This document shows, piece after piece, positions 9,799-18,058 of a stretch of DNA of 64,000 nucleotides. The stretch comes from Cenarchaeum sp. (GTDB lineage: Archaea > Thermoproteota > Nitrososphaeria > Nitrososphaerales > Nitrosopumilaceae): positions 160,001 through 224,000 of the forward strand of contig OY843768.1 in the NCBI GenBank assembly GCA_963693095.2, given 5' to 3'. The notes below the pieces were generated by a model. It searched no databases and had not been told where the DNA came from. It was given only the letters and a program-made list of their open reading frames with translations. The position numbers were made by a program, and so were the translations under genes. Every line of letters starts with the position of its first letter. The stretch's first letter is position 1.

Positions 9799-11049
9799 TT
9801 AAATCTCGTCCTTGCCGACATACTTGCGCAGTGGGGCAGGCACCGATATGCCCGAGTCTGTCCGGCAGTTCTCGACGATTGCGACAAGAACGCGCGTCGT
9901 GGCAACGAGCGTCGAGTTTAGCGTGTGGACATATTGCGTGTCCTCGTTGGTCTTGTCCCTAAAGCGCATCTTTAGCCGGCGCGCCTGGTAGTCGAGGCAG
10001 TTGGAGCACGAGACTGCCTCGCGGTACGCGCCCTGGCCGGCCATCCACGCCTCGATATCGTACGTCTTGGCCGAGACCTTGCCCATGTCGCCGCTTGAGA
10101 GCAGGACAGTGCGGTGCGGCAGGCCGAGCTCGCGGTAAAACTCCTCGGCGACGCCGAGCATCCGCTCGTGCTCGGCCCACGACTCCTCTGGCCTCGCAAA
10201 CGCAAACTGCTCGACCTTGTCGAACTGGTGCACGCGAAATATTCCCTTTTGGTCGCGCCCGTGCGCGCCGGCCTCCTTCCTAAAGCACGCGCTCACGCCG
10301 GCGTACCTGATGGGCAGCGATGCGCCCTCGAGTATCTCATCACGGTGCATCGCCGCCATTGCGTGCTCAGACGTGCCGATCATGCACAGGTCCTGGCCCT
10401 CTATGGCGTATATCGAGTCCTCAAAGTCCTCGGCAATGACTGCGCCCTCCATCGAGTCGCGCTTTATCATGTACGGCGGCTGGATTGCAGTATAGCCGTG
10501 CGAGGACGCAAAGTCGATGGCAAAGGAGACTAGCGCGTGGTTTAGGAGGACCATGTCGCCCTTTAGATAGTAAAACCTGGCGCCAGACACCTTGGCGGCC
10601 CTCTCAATGTCAACGAGGCCCATCTTTTCCATTATCGCAGCATGGTCGCCCTCTGCGCGCCGTGGCTCGCCCCACGTTCGCACGACGACATTGGCCGAGT
10701 CGTCCGGCCCGTCAGGCACGGACTCGTGAACCATGTTGGGCAGCGTCCTTGCAAGGCCCGCATACTTTTCATGCGCCTGCCGCTGCGCGGCCTCTAGTGT
10801 CTCTAGCCTTTCTGAGACGCCGCGCATCTCCTCGATCGGCTTTGCCGCATCGCCACCGCGTTTTTTTTCTGCGGCGACGGCGCGCCCGAGCTCGTTGCGG
10901 CGACGGCGCAGCTCGTCGGCCTCTGATGTTGCCTTGCGCCATGCGCCATCGGCGGCAACTAGCGCATCAAGATCATACTCGACGCTGCGCCTCCTTAGCA
11001 TGTCTCGCACGTCATCGGGCCGTTCGCGCACGATCCTGGGGTCTATCAT
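9799..11049 (-). CDS. serS: Serine--tRNA ligase
   Basis: GTSEH, FRKEAGAHG, RVHQFDKVE, SCSNCLDYQ, HTLNST. Confidence 0.97.
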   Translation of the reverse strand: MIDPRIVRERPDDVRDMLRRRSVEYDLDALVAADGAWRKATSEADELRRRRNELGRAVAAEKKRGGDAAKPIEEMRGVSERLETLEAAQRQAHEKYAGLARTLPNMVHESVPDGPDDSANVVVRTWGEPRRAEGDHAAIMEKMGLVDIERAAKVSGARFYYLKGDMVLLNHALVSFAIDFASSHGYTAIQPPYMIKRDSMEGAVIAEDFEDSIYAIEGQDLCMIGTSEHAMAAMHRDEILEGASLPIRYAGVSACFRKEAGAHGRDQKGIFRVHQFDKVEQFAFARPEESWAEHERMLGVAEEFYRELGLPHRTVLLSSGDMGKVSAKTYDIEAWMAGQGAYREAVSCSNCLDYQARRLKMRFRDKTNEDTQYVHTLNSTLVATTRVLVAIVENCRTDSGISVPAPLRKYVGKDEI

Positions 11050-11288
11050 CCCTGCGTGGCCTCCAGCGCGGCCTGCGCGTGCGCGAGAACCTCGTCAACT
11101 GTCGCGACGAGGCTCGGGATCGCCCCGCCGCCGACACTAATGCGCACGTCACTGCCGTCAATTGACATCTCCATCTCCTGGCCCGGAGGAAAGGCGACAT
11201 TGTCTGGCGCAAGCGCGGCCATTACGGCCTCGGCGCCCTGCACCGACAGGTCAGTTATGCGAATCTGCACCCTGCACGCCGGAGACAT
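11046..11288 (-). CDS. KEOPS complex subunit Pcc1-like
   Basis: 80 aa, ALAPDN motif, conserved position between the DHH gene and serS. Confidence 0.7.
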   Translation of the reverse strand: MSPACRVQIRITDLSVQGAEAVMAALAPDNVAFPPGQEMEMSIDGSDVRISVGGGAIPSLVATVDEVLAHAQAALEATQG

Positions 11289-12663
11289 TTTTCTCGATAT
11301 AGTCAAGGAACCCACCAAGGCTGCCCTTTGATATGCGCGCGCCGGCCGCTGCGGCGTGGCCCCCGCCCATGCCCTCAAAGCGCTCGGCCGCTTCCCTCAT
11401 CATCTCGCTCAGGTTGACATTGCCGCCATAGCCGCGCGCCTTGCGCGAGGAGACCTTTACGCGCCCGCCCTCGGCACCGGCCCGCAGGACGACTATCTTG
11501 CCGGCGCTAGTCGGCGCGCCGGCGATCACAGACGATATCGTTCCGGTCATCGACTCGGCCACGACGCCCTCGGCGTCGACCATGACGCACGAGGCGCTCT
11601 CTGATGTCCTCCAGCGCTCACTCGATATGCGCTCCATGCAGCCGCGTATCGTCTGGCGGTACTCGGAGAGGGCCTCTTCGGCCTCGGCGACCATCTTTGT
11701 GCGGTCCCCCATGCAGAGGGCCATGCCGGTTCCTGCCCTGCCTATGCGCCCGCACGAGTTGAGCACGGTGGCAAACTCGCGCGCGTCGCGCAGGAGGCCC
11801 TTTGCGCCCTCGCCTGAAAGCGTGTACGCGCTGCCGACGAGCTCGGCTCTGATCGCCTCGGCATCAGCGCCCTGCGCGTGGGCCGCAATGCCGTCAACGA
11901 GGCTGGACTTTTCGTCTTCAGAGAGCTCGGAGGCCACGCGCCACCGTCCACCGTCCCTGGCCTCGATGCCGGCTGCCCTGATGAGCTCGGCGCACGCGCC
12001 ATGGTTCCACGTCAGGCCCTCTATGAACGGCCTCGTCGTGAACGCAAGCGCGTCGGCTAGCGCGCGCGTCTCCCTGCCGGCAAGCAACAGGTCGGCGCGC
12101 ATCTCTAGCAGCTTTAGCTCCTCGGCCTTTGCCGCTATCTCGGCGTTGCGCCCGACGAGTGTGCGCCCCTTGCCCTGATCCTGCCTGTCACCTAGCGCGG
12201 CGACGACGGCGACTGGCGAGAGGTCAACATTGCGGCTGTCAAGGGCCACTGCGGCAAGGTATGCCATGCCGCCTGAGCATATCTCGTCACCGCCGTCGAT
12301 GCCGTACTTCCACGAGTTTATGACGCGCTCGTTGTCAAGCTCGGCGTCACGAACCTGGTGGTGATCCAGGATGATCCAGTTCTCGCCGACTGCGGCGTCA
12401 AGCTCGGAGGCCATTGCGCCGCCGACATCCATGACGATGTGAAGCGCATCAGGTGCGAGCTCCCTTGCGTGACTGGCGCCAAACTCCTTTACTGCCCTTG
12501 CGCCACACCGCGCACCTGCCCTTATTGCGGCCTTTGCCATTATGCCGCCGGCGGCGAGCCCGTCACAGTCCATGTGCGTCGTTATCGAGATTGGCTTGCC
12601 GTCCCTGGCGCACTCGGAGACCCTGGACGAAAAGAGTGACAGTGACTCGGCTAGGCTGGCCAT
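11251..12663 (-). CDS. DHH/DHHA1 phosphoesterase (RecJ/GAN-like)
   Basis: HMDCDG, LDHH, GDRQD, GGGHAAAAG; ATG overlaps the rps15 stop. Confidence 0.88.
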   Translation of the reverse strand: MASLAESLSLFSSRVSECARDGKPISITTHMDCDGLAAGGIMAKAAIRAGARCGARAVKEFGASHARELAPDALHIVMDVGGAMASELDAAVGENWIILDHHQVRDAELDNERVINSWKYGIDGGDEICSGGMAYLAAVALDSRNVDLSPVAVVAALGDRQDQGKGRTLVGRNAEIAAKAEELKLLEMRADLLLAGRETRALADALAFTTRPFIEGLTWNHGACAELIRAAGIEARDGGRWRVASELSEDEKSSLVDGIAAHAQGADAEAIRAELVGSAYTLSGEGAKGLLRDAREFATVLNSCGRIGRAGTGMALCMGDRTKMVAEAEEALSEYRQTIRGCMERISSERWRTSESASCVMVDAEGVVAESMTGTISSVIAGAPTSAGKIVVLRAGAEGGRVKVSSRKARGYGGNVNLSEMMREAAERFEGMGGGHAAAAGARISKGSLGGFLDYIEKNVSGVQGADSHN

Positions 12664-13106
12664 CACTCTAGCTGCGCAATGACGGACTTGTACTTCCACT
12701 TTTTTGGTATTCGCCCGATGCGCTTGTAGTATGTTGAGAGGCGGTGAACCTTTGCCTCTATGAGCTCCAGTGATCGCACGTTGCGCCTGTCGCCCTTGTG
12801 GATCTTTAGGTGCTTTTGGAGGCCGACTGCGGTCCTCACGATGCTTGCGAGATCCTCGGGCATCTCGGGCAGCATGTCATGGGCCGCGAGCGTCTCAGTC
12901 ACGGTCCGGCCGGTGACTGGCTTTGCGAGCGGAATTGCGTGCTGGTCTCGCAGCCTCACGCCGATCTGGCTGGCCGTCATGCCGTCCTTTGCGTACCTGA
13001 CTATGGCCTCCTCGACCTCCTCCTTGTTGGCGTACTCGGGAGCCACGGGATTGACGGGGCGAATCGAGTGGGCCTTGCCGTGGCGGTGCGAGTGTATGCG
13101 TCCCAT
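12663..13106 (-). CDS. rps15: 30S ribosomal protein S15
   Basis: MGRIHSHRHGK, MPEDL, LIEAKVHRLSTYYK. Confidence 0.96.
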   Translation of the reverse strand: MGRIHSHRHGKAHSIRPVNPVAPEYANKEEVEEAIVRYAKDGMTASQIGVRLRDQHAIPLAKPVTGRTVTETLAAHDMLPEMPEDLASIVRTAVGLQKHLKIHKGDRRNVRSLELIEAKVHRLSTYYKRIGRIPKKWKYKSVIAQLE

Positions 13107-13230
13107 GCAGGGGGGAGCGCGATATGGTTTGGAATTAAACGTTGCCTACCCTCCCTGTGGGCCCCTCACGCCTGCGTGCGTGCGTGTGAGCCAGGATAAG
13201 ATTAAATATAACATGGTGGGGCGTGCTGCC

Positions 13231-13560
13231 ATGAACAGGCACGTCATGGCGGGCGCCCTCGGCGCTATCGTGGCACTCGGATCGCTCGGTCTGGCCGTAG
13301 ACGCATTTGCCCAGTACATGGGTAACACTGGCGGCGGCGGCGAGACTGGCAAGTATACTCTCGAGGAGGCACTGGCACTACAGGCCGCACGCGTGAACTA
13401 TGCCCAGGACAATCCCGGTTCCGGCTCTGGCACGCCGTATCTGAGCGCTGACAGCGTTGTCGGCGCTTCGATAATCTCGGCTGCCGTATTTGGCGGAATC
13501 GCGGCGACCTTCTTCATTAGGGCACGTTCTGGCAAGTATGCTGCAATGGGCAGGGGCTAG
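13231..13560 (+). CDS. amoZ: Probable ammonia monooxygenase subunit AmoZ
   Basis: Signal peptide (..DAFA|QY), short soluble region, C-terminal TM helix; divergent from rps15 in the amo neighbourhood; name assigned from recalled AOA synteny and topology. Confidence 0.6.
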   Translation: MNRHVMAGALGAIVALGSLGLAVDAFAQYMGNTGGGGETGKYTLEEALALQAARVNYAQDNPGSGSGTPYLSADSVVGASIISAAVFGGIAATFFIRARSGKYAAMGRG

Positions 13561-13724
13561 ACTCCTACCCATATCTCCCCTATTTTAGACGACTCTGAGC
13601 CTTGGCTGCGTGCGCACCCCGCAGGCACGCCTGGGGCGATCCACGGGTTCAGGGCAGGCGCCTGCTGTCCCCACGCCTGAGGCCGGGGAAATCTATATAA
13701 TGTAGCCCCCTGCCCGCTCTGCCA

Positions 13725-13994
13725 ATGATACCGATAGTGGGTACGGTTCTGAGCGTCCTGTCGGCGCTTACGGGTCAGCTAGGCCCCAACTACGATCCCC
13801 TGTTCTATGACGTCATGGTCTACATCTTTGGCACCATCATGTTCACGGTCTTCCTCCTTGGAGTGATCGCGTACTGGTTGCGTGTCCACGGTTGGGCATA
13901 CAAGGACAACCGCGAAAGGTGGGTCGACGAGCTTGACAGGCACTTTGAAAAAGAGGGCATCGGCCTCATTCCAGACAACGGCAAGTACTGGTAA
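13725..13994 (+). CDS. amoY: Probable ammonia monooxygenase subunit AmoY
   Basis: 89-aa membrane protein with own TATA (CTATATAA about 13693), between the amoZ candidate and amoX/amoA; name assigned from recalled synteny. Confidence 0.6.
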   Translation: MIPIVGTVLSVLSALTGQLGPNYDPLFYDVMVYIFGTIMFTVFLLGVIAYWLRVHGWAYKDNRERWVDELDRHFEKEGIGLIPDNGKYW

Positions 13995-14525
13995 GGCCAC
14001 CTCCTCTCTATTTTTGTCACTTGGCTGCGGATCGTGCGCACGCCGCCCTGCTGGCCTTTGAGCCCCGCGTCGTGGTGCCTGCCATTGCCTCTCGGCTGCG
14101 CCCTTGATCATGCGCTGCCGGACCGCTGCCTCACGGCATGGCGCACGGGCCACAATGCAATTGCGCCCAACTGCTGCAGGATCCCGGACGACTCGCGCAG
14201 ATGTGCGATGTATGGCCACAACGCCGGCGCATGATCCTGTGTGGCCGGATGTCGGCTGGTTCACGCCACGGGGTTGCGCATCGCGCAAAGACCATGCCGC
14301 CGTCACTGCCACTGCCGCCGTCACCGTCAGTCACTGCCACTGCCACCGGCGCGACATCATACAGTCAACGCTGATCAACACTGTCTAGCATAATGCGAGG
14401 CGTGTGTTGTCGTGTAACTGTAATGTTTTCTTTATTGTTTGCAAATGTCGGCAAGCATGATATGTTGCGCAACACGCAATGGTGCCTGATGATCAGGACA
14501 ATCATTGAACTGTTGCATCATTGCA

Positions 14526-14700
14526 CATTATGCATTATGCGTTACACATTATGCATTATGCGTTACACATTATGCGTTACACATTATGCGTTACACATTA
14601 TGCATTATGCGTTACACATTATGCATTATGCGTTACACATTATGCATTATGCGTTACACATTATGCGTTACACATTATGCGTTACACATTATACATTATG
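14526..14700. repeat. Tandem array of 25 heptamers built from CATTATG (A) and CGTTACA (B)
   Basis: Read directly: AAB AAB AB AB AAB AAB AAB AB AB A' A. Confidence 0.97.
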
Positions 14701-14818
14701 CCAGTGTGCTATATGCACAATGGTTTCGTGTTCACTATTAACTTGTCAACCAATGCGCAACAACACTGCCAAATGCAATATGCCTGCAAACCATCTGCCG
14801 TATGTCGTTGACGAACTC

Positions 14819-15346
14819 TTACTGCCTGTCTGGGGGCATAAAGTCGTGCTCTTCGGATATGTCATACGCCTTTGACCTAAACTCGGCGACATATGTCCTT
14901 CCATCCTCTATTGGAGTTGCGATAAACCTTGATGACTCTACACCGTCAACTAGAATCCTCGAGTCAGACTCGAGCATGTCGCGCAGCGGAAACTCCCACA
15001 CCCACAAAAAGTGCCCAATCTCAAACGGGTACGCCTCCTCCCATGACCCATAGATTGTCCCGTCGGCTGTGAGCGTATAGAGCGACCTCTGGCAGCCGCC
15101 CTCCTCAAACCCAATGTTGGCGGGAATCTCGGCGCGCTGGCCGTCGACATACAGCTCGAGGGATGCGCTAACGGTGTATGGCGTCACCCTCTCGTTTATG
15201 CAGATCTTGAGCGGGTCATTGGCGGAGATCTGCGAGAGGACGAGGCTGCTTCCGACGCCGACAGATATGCCGATGCCTGCGGTGATCACTAGGAATATGA
15301 GCGTCTTGCGCCGCTTTGTGGGATCGCCCATTCCCGGCCAGAACAT
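14819..15346 (-). CDS. Membrane-anchored hypothetical protein (AOA-type)
   Basis: ATG at 15346 below an ATTTAAGT box; N-terminal TM helix and an IPANIG soluble domain. Confidence 0.75.
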   Translation of the reverse strand: MFWPGMGDPTKRRKTLIFLVITAGIGISVGVGSSLVLSQISANDPLKICINERVTPYTVSASLELYVDGQRAEIPANIGFEEGGCQRSLYTLTADGTIYGSWEEAYPFEIGHFLWVWEFPLRDMLESDSRILVDGVESSRFIATPIEDGRTYVAEFRSKAYDISEEHDFMPPDRQ

Positions 15347-15400
15347 GGCATCCGCGGCGCATGGCGTTTTACTTAAATCTGCTTGCCGGGCGCCTGCGAT

Positions 15401-15458
15401 GCCCTGCATGAAACGTGGTGGAGTGGGCAGGAATGCCCGCCTGGGGCAGATCCGGACC
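15401..15458. repeat. Dispersed degenerate repeat, copy 1 (copy 2 at 53392-53446)
   Basis: Shared GCC.TGCA.GAAA.GT...TGGGCAGGAATGCC.GC..GG.GCAGATCCGGA. Confidence 0.6.
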
Positions 15459-15691
15459 CCCTGGTGGCTCCCCTGCCTGCCCCGTGGGCTCGCAGCCACG
15501 CCTGGATCGCCGTGCTGAGCCACACCCAGTGTGGGGCCTTTCGTGGCCATGATCGCACGGCTCGTGCCTGCCACGATCGGCCATCCTGCGGCACGCCGAC
15601 CCAAAAATGGCCCTAATGGCCAATTCGTGCCTACGTATTTGTGCAGAATCGCGAAAGGGTTAAAAGGCTCTGATATTCGCGGGGGACGCAG

Positions 15692-16054
15692 ATGACTCTT
15701 CCAAAAGGGTTCGGCTCCGCCGGCGGCGGGGGTGCTGGTGCGGCAGATGTAGAGAAGATGATCGGCAGGCGTGTGGAAAACATGACTGGCATCATCACGA
15801 TCTCCTACATTGCAGCCTGGCTCGCCACGTTCGCCGGCACTGCCGCGGGGTACTTTTACTACCCGTGGGCATATCCGACACCTAGCGGCCACTATGCACT
15901 CATAGTGTTGACGATAGTAGAAGCCATCGGTTACCTCTTCTCCGTGAAGGTGTGTGAAGAGGGCTCCTCGAAGAACAGCAATGGCATCATTGGTGTCACG
16001 CTTGCGGCCACTGCGGTCGGAACGCTGCTCATATCGCTCTACGTCGGAAACTAG
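15692..16054 (+). CDS. amoX: Ammonia monooxygenase subunit AmoX
   Basis: MTLPKGFG...KMIGRRVENMTG...GYFYYPWAYPT; directly upstream of amoA. Confidence 0.9.
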   Translation: MTLPKGFGSAGGGGAGAADVEKMIGRRVENMTGIITISYIAAWLATFAGTAAGYFYYPWAYPTPSGHYALIVLTIVEAIGYLFSVKVCEEGSSKNSNGIIGVTLAATAVGTLLISLYVGN

Positions 16055-16153
16055 GCGGGTATCCTGCCTACTATTTTTGCCATGTCACAGCGTTAGCTGC
16101 GATCATGGCCTGTCGGCGTGTCCTGCGATCAGGGCAGATCGGCGCGCCTGCGC

Positions 16154-16170
16154 CTAAAATTATATATACT
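16154..16170 (+). promoter_or_regulatory. BRE/TATA box of amoA
   Basis: CTAAAATTATATATACT about 25 nt upstream of ATG 16192, typical leaderless archaeal spacing. Confidence 0.7.
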
Positions 16171-16191
16171 AGCCTTCTGGCGAGGGGGGCA

Positions 16192-16842
16192 ATGGTCTGG
16201 CTAAGACGCTGTACGCACTACCTCTTCATCGTGGTAGTTGCCGTCAACTCCACACTGCTGACAATCAACGCAGGAGACTATATCTTCTACACTGATTGGG
16301 CGTGGACGTCGTTCGTGGTATTCTCAATATCGCAGACGCTCATGCTCGTCGTCGGTGCGGCGTACTACCTGACATTCACTGGAGTGCCGGGAACTGCGAC
16401 GTACTATGCGCTGATAATGACAGTCTACACGTGGATAGCAAAGGGCGCATGGTTTGCCCTCGGCTACCCGTATGACTTCATCGTCACGCCGGTATGGCTC
16501 CCATCTGCAATGCTGATGGACCTTGCATACTGGGCGACAAAGAAGAACAAGCACTCGCTGATTCTGTTTGGTGGTGTGTTGGCCGGCATGTCGTTGCCAC
16601 TGTTCAACATGGTGAACCTGATAACGGTGGCCGACCCGCTGGAGACCGCGTTCAAGTACCCGCGACCCACACTTCCCCCCTACATGACACCAATAGAACC
16701 GCAGGTGGGCAAGTTCTACAATAGCCCAGTCGCACTGGGCGCTGGAGCCGGGGCCGTGCTGTCCGTGACTATGGCCGCGTTGGGCTGCAAGCTCAACACG
16801 TGGACATATCGCTGGATGGCCGCCTGGTCGAAATGGGACTGA
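16192..16842 (+). CDS. amoA: Ammonia monooxygenase subunit A
   Basis: MVWLRRCTHYLF...AGDYIFYTDWAW...WMAAWSKWD, 216 aa. Confidence 0.99.
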   Translation: MVWLRRCTHYLFIVVVAVNSTLLTINAGDYIFYTDWAWTSFVVFSISQTLMLVVGAAYYLTFTGVPGTATYYALIMTVYTWIAKGAWFALGYPYDFIVTPVWLPSAMLMDLAYWATKKNKHSLILFGGVLAGMSLPLFNMVNLITVADPLETAFKYPRPTLPPYMTPIEPQVGKFYNSPVALGAGAGAVLSVTMAALGCKLNTWTYRWMAAWSKWD

Positions 16843-16854
16843 TACGCACCATAC

Positions 16855-16875
16855 CTCCTTTTTCATTTTGATTTC
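16855..16875 (+). terminator. Oligo-T terminator after amoA
   Basis: CTCCTTTTTCATTTTGATTT directly after the stop codon. Confidence 0.5.
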
Positions 16876-16967
16876 CTAGCGTGCCCTGCGCACGTGCTCA
16901 ACAAATACTGCGCGCATGGTGATCTTTTGTTGCCCTGTTATACCTTCAAAACGCGCCGAACCATTCT

Positions 16968-17822
16968 GTGTTGGCACAGCAGCACGCGTGTGAGGCAGCC
17001 GGACCCTTCGTAAAGTGGGCAGGCGGAAAGAGGCAGCTCCTCGCCGAGCTGCGCGCCCGCGCGCCGAACAAGTTTGGCGTGTACCACGAGCCGTTCGTCG
17101 GTGGCGGCGCGCTTGCCTTTGAGATACTCTCGTCGCGTCCCGGCTCGCACTGCTCGCTCTCTGACCTCAACTCTGATCTTGTCCTCGCATACGTCACCGT
17201 GCGCGATCGCGTCGATGACCTTGTCCGCTCACTCCGGCGCCACGCCGACGCATATGCGCAGGATCCAAAGGCGTACTATTACGCGACGCGCGCGGCGACT
17301 CCGCGCACACAGGTCGAAAAGGCATCGCGCCTCCTGTTCCTCAACCGCACGTGCTTTAACGGCCTGTACAGGGTCAACTCTAGCGGCAAGTTCAACGTCC
17401 CGATGGGCGGATACGACAACCCCAACATCATCAACGAGGATGCGCTGCGCGCGGCAAGCCGCACCCTCTCCTCAGGCAACGTCTCGATCCAGTGCGCCGA
17501 CTTTGGGGCTGTCCTGCGCACGGCAGAGCGCGGCGATTTTGTCTACTTTGACCCGCCATACCAGCCGGTGAGCCGCACGGCCGCATTTACGGGCTACACC
17601 AGCGCGTGCTTTGGGGAGCGTGACCTAGAGCGCCTCGCCGGCGCATGCGAGGAGCTTGCGGGCCGCGGATGCCACGTGCTCGTCTCCAACTCGGACACAG
17701 GCGAGGTCCGGTCCGTGTTTGGCCGCGGGTGGAGCGTTGATGAGATCGGCGCGTACCGCCGGATCAACTCGGATGGCGCGCGAAGGTCGGGCCACACGGA
17801 GCTGATGATCAGGAACTATTGA
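16968..17822 (+). CDS. dam: Dam-family DNA adenine methyltransferase
   Basis: KWAGGK, EPFVGGG, FNGLYRVN, FDPPY. Confidence 0.9.
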   Translation: MLAQQHACEAAGPFVKWAGGKRQLLAELRARAPNKFGVYHEPFVGGGALAFEILSSRPGSHCSLSDLNSDLVLAYVTVRDRVDDLVRSLRRHADAYAQDPKAYYYATRAATPRTQVEKASRLLFLNRTCFNGLYRVNSSGKFNVPMGGYDNPNIINEDALRAASRTLSSGNVSIQCADFGAVLRTAERGDFVYFDPPYQPVSRTAAFTGYTSACFGERDLERLAGACEELAGRGCHVLVSNSDTGEVRSVFGRGWSVDEIGAYRRINSDGARRSGHTELMIRNY

Positions 17823-17824
17823 AG

Positions 17825-17898
17825 AGCTCCGAGTGGGATCCGAACCCACGACCTTTACCTTACCAAGGTAACGCTCTACCAGGCTGAGCTATCGGAGC
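17825..17898 (-). tRNA. tRNA-Thr(GGT)
   Basis: GCTCCGA acceptor stem, D-arm AGCTCAGCCTGGTAGAGC, anticodon loop TTGGTAA, T-arm GTGGGTTCGGATCCCAC. Confidence 0.95.
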
Positions 17899-18058
17899 GC
17901 TCGAGCCCGCGCACGCTGCAATCCTTATAATCCTTGGTCAACCCCGCCAAGGCCAACGCCGACTGGGCTCTCGCGCCATGTCGTGTGGGCAGGCCGGCCC
18001 ACGGCGGCCCAATGCTCCTAAAGTTTAATATATCTACAGCCGAGCGCGTGCGCTGGAA

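Noticed and set aside
14526-14700. CRISPR array
   Set aside because: No unique spacers, units too short, no cas genes in the window
14393-14875. ORFs in all three forward frames across the heptamer array
   Set aside because: They arise from a stop-free 7-mer repeat giving cyclic His/Tyr/Cys peptides; no promoter or family evidence
17825-17898. Integrated element at tRNA-Thr
   Set aside because: No duplicated tRNA 3' end and no integrase seen in the window
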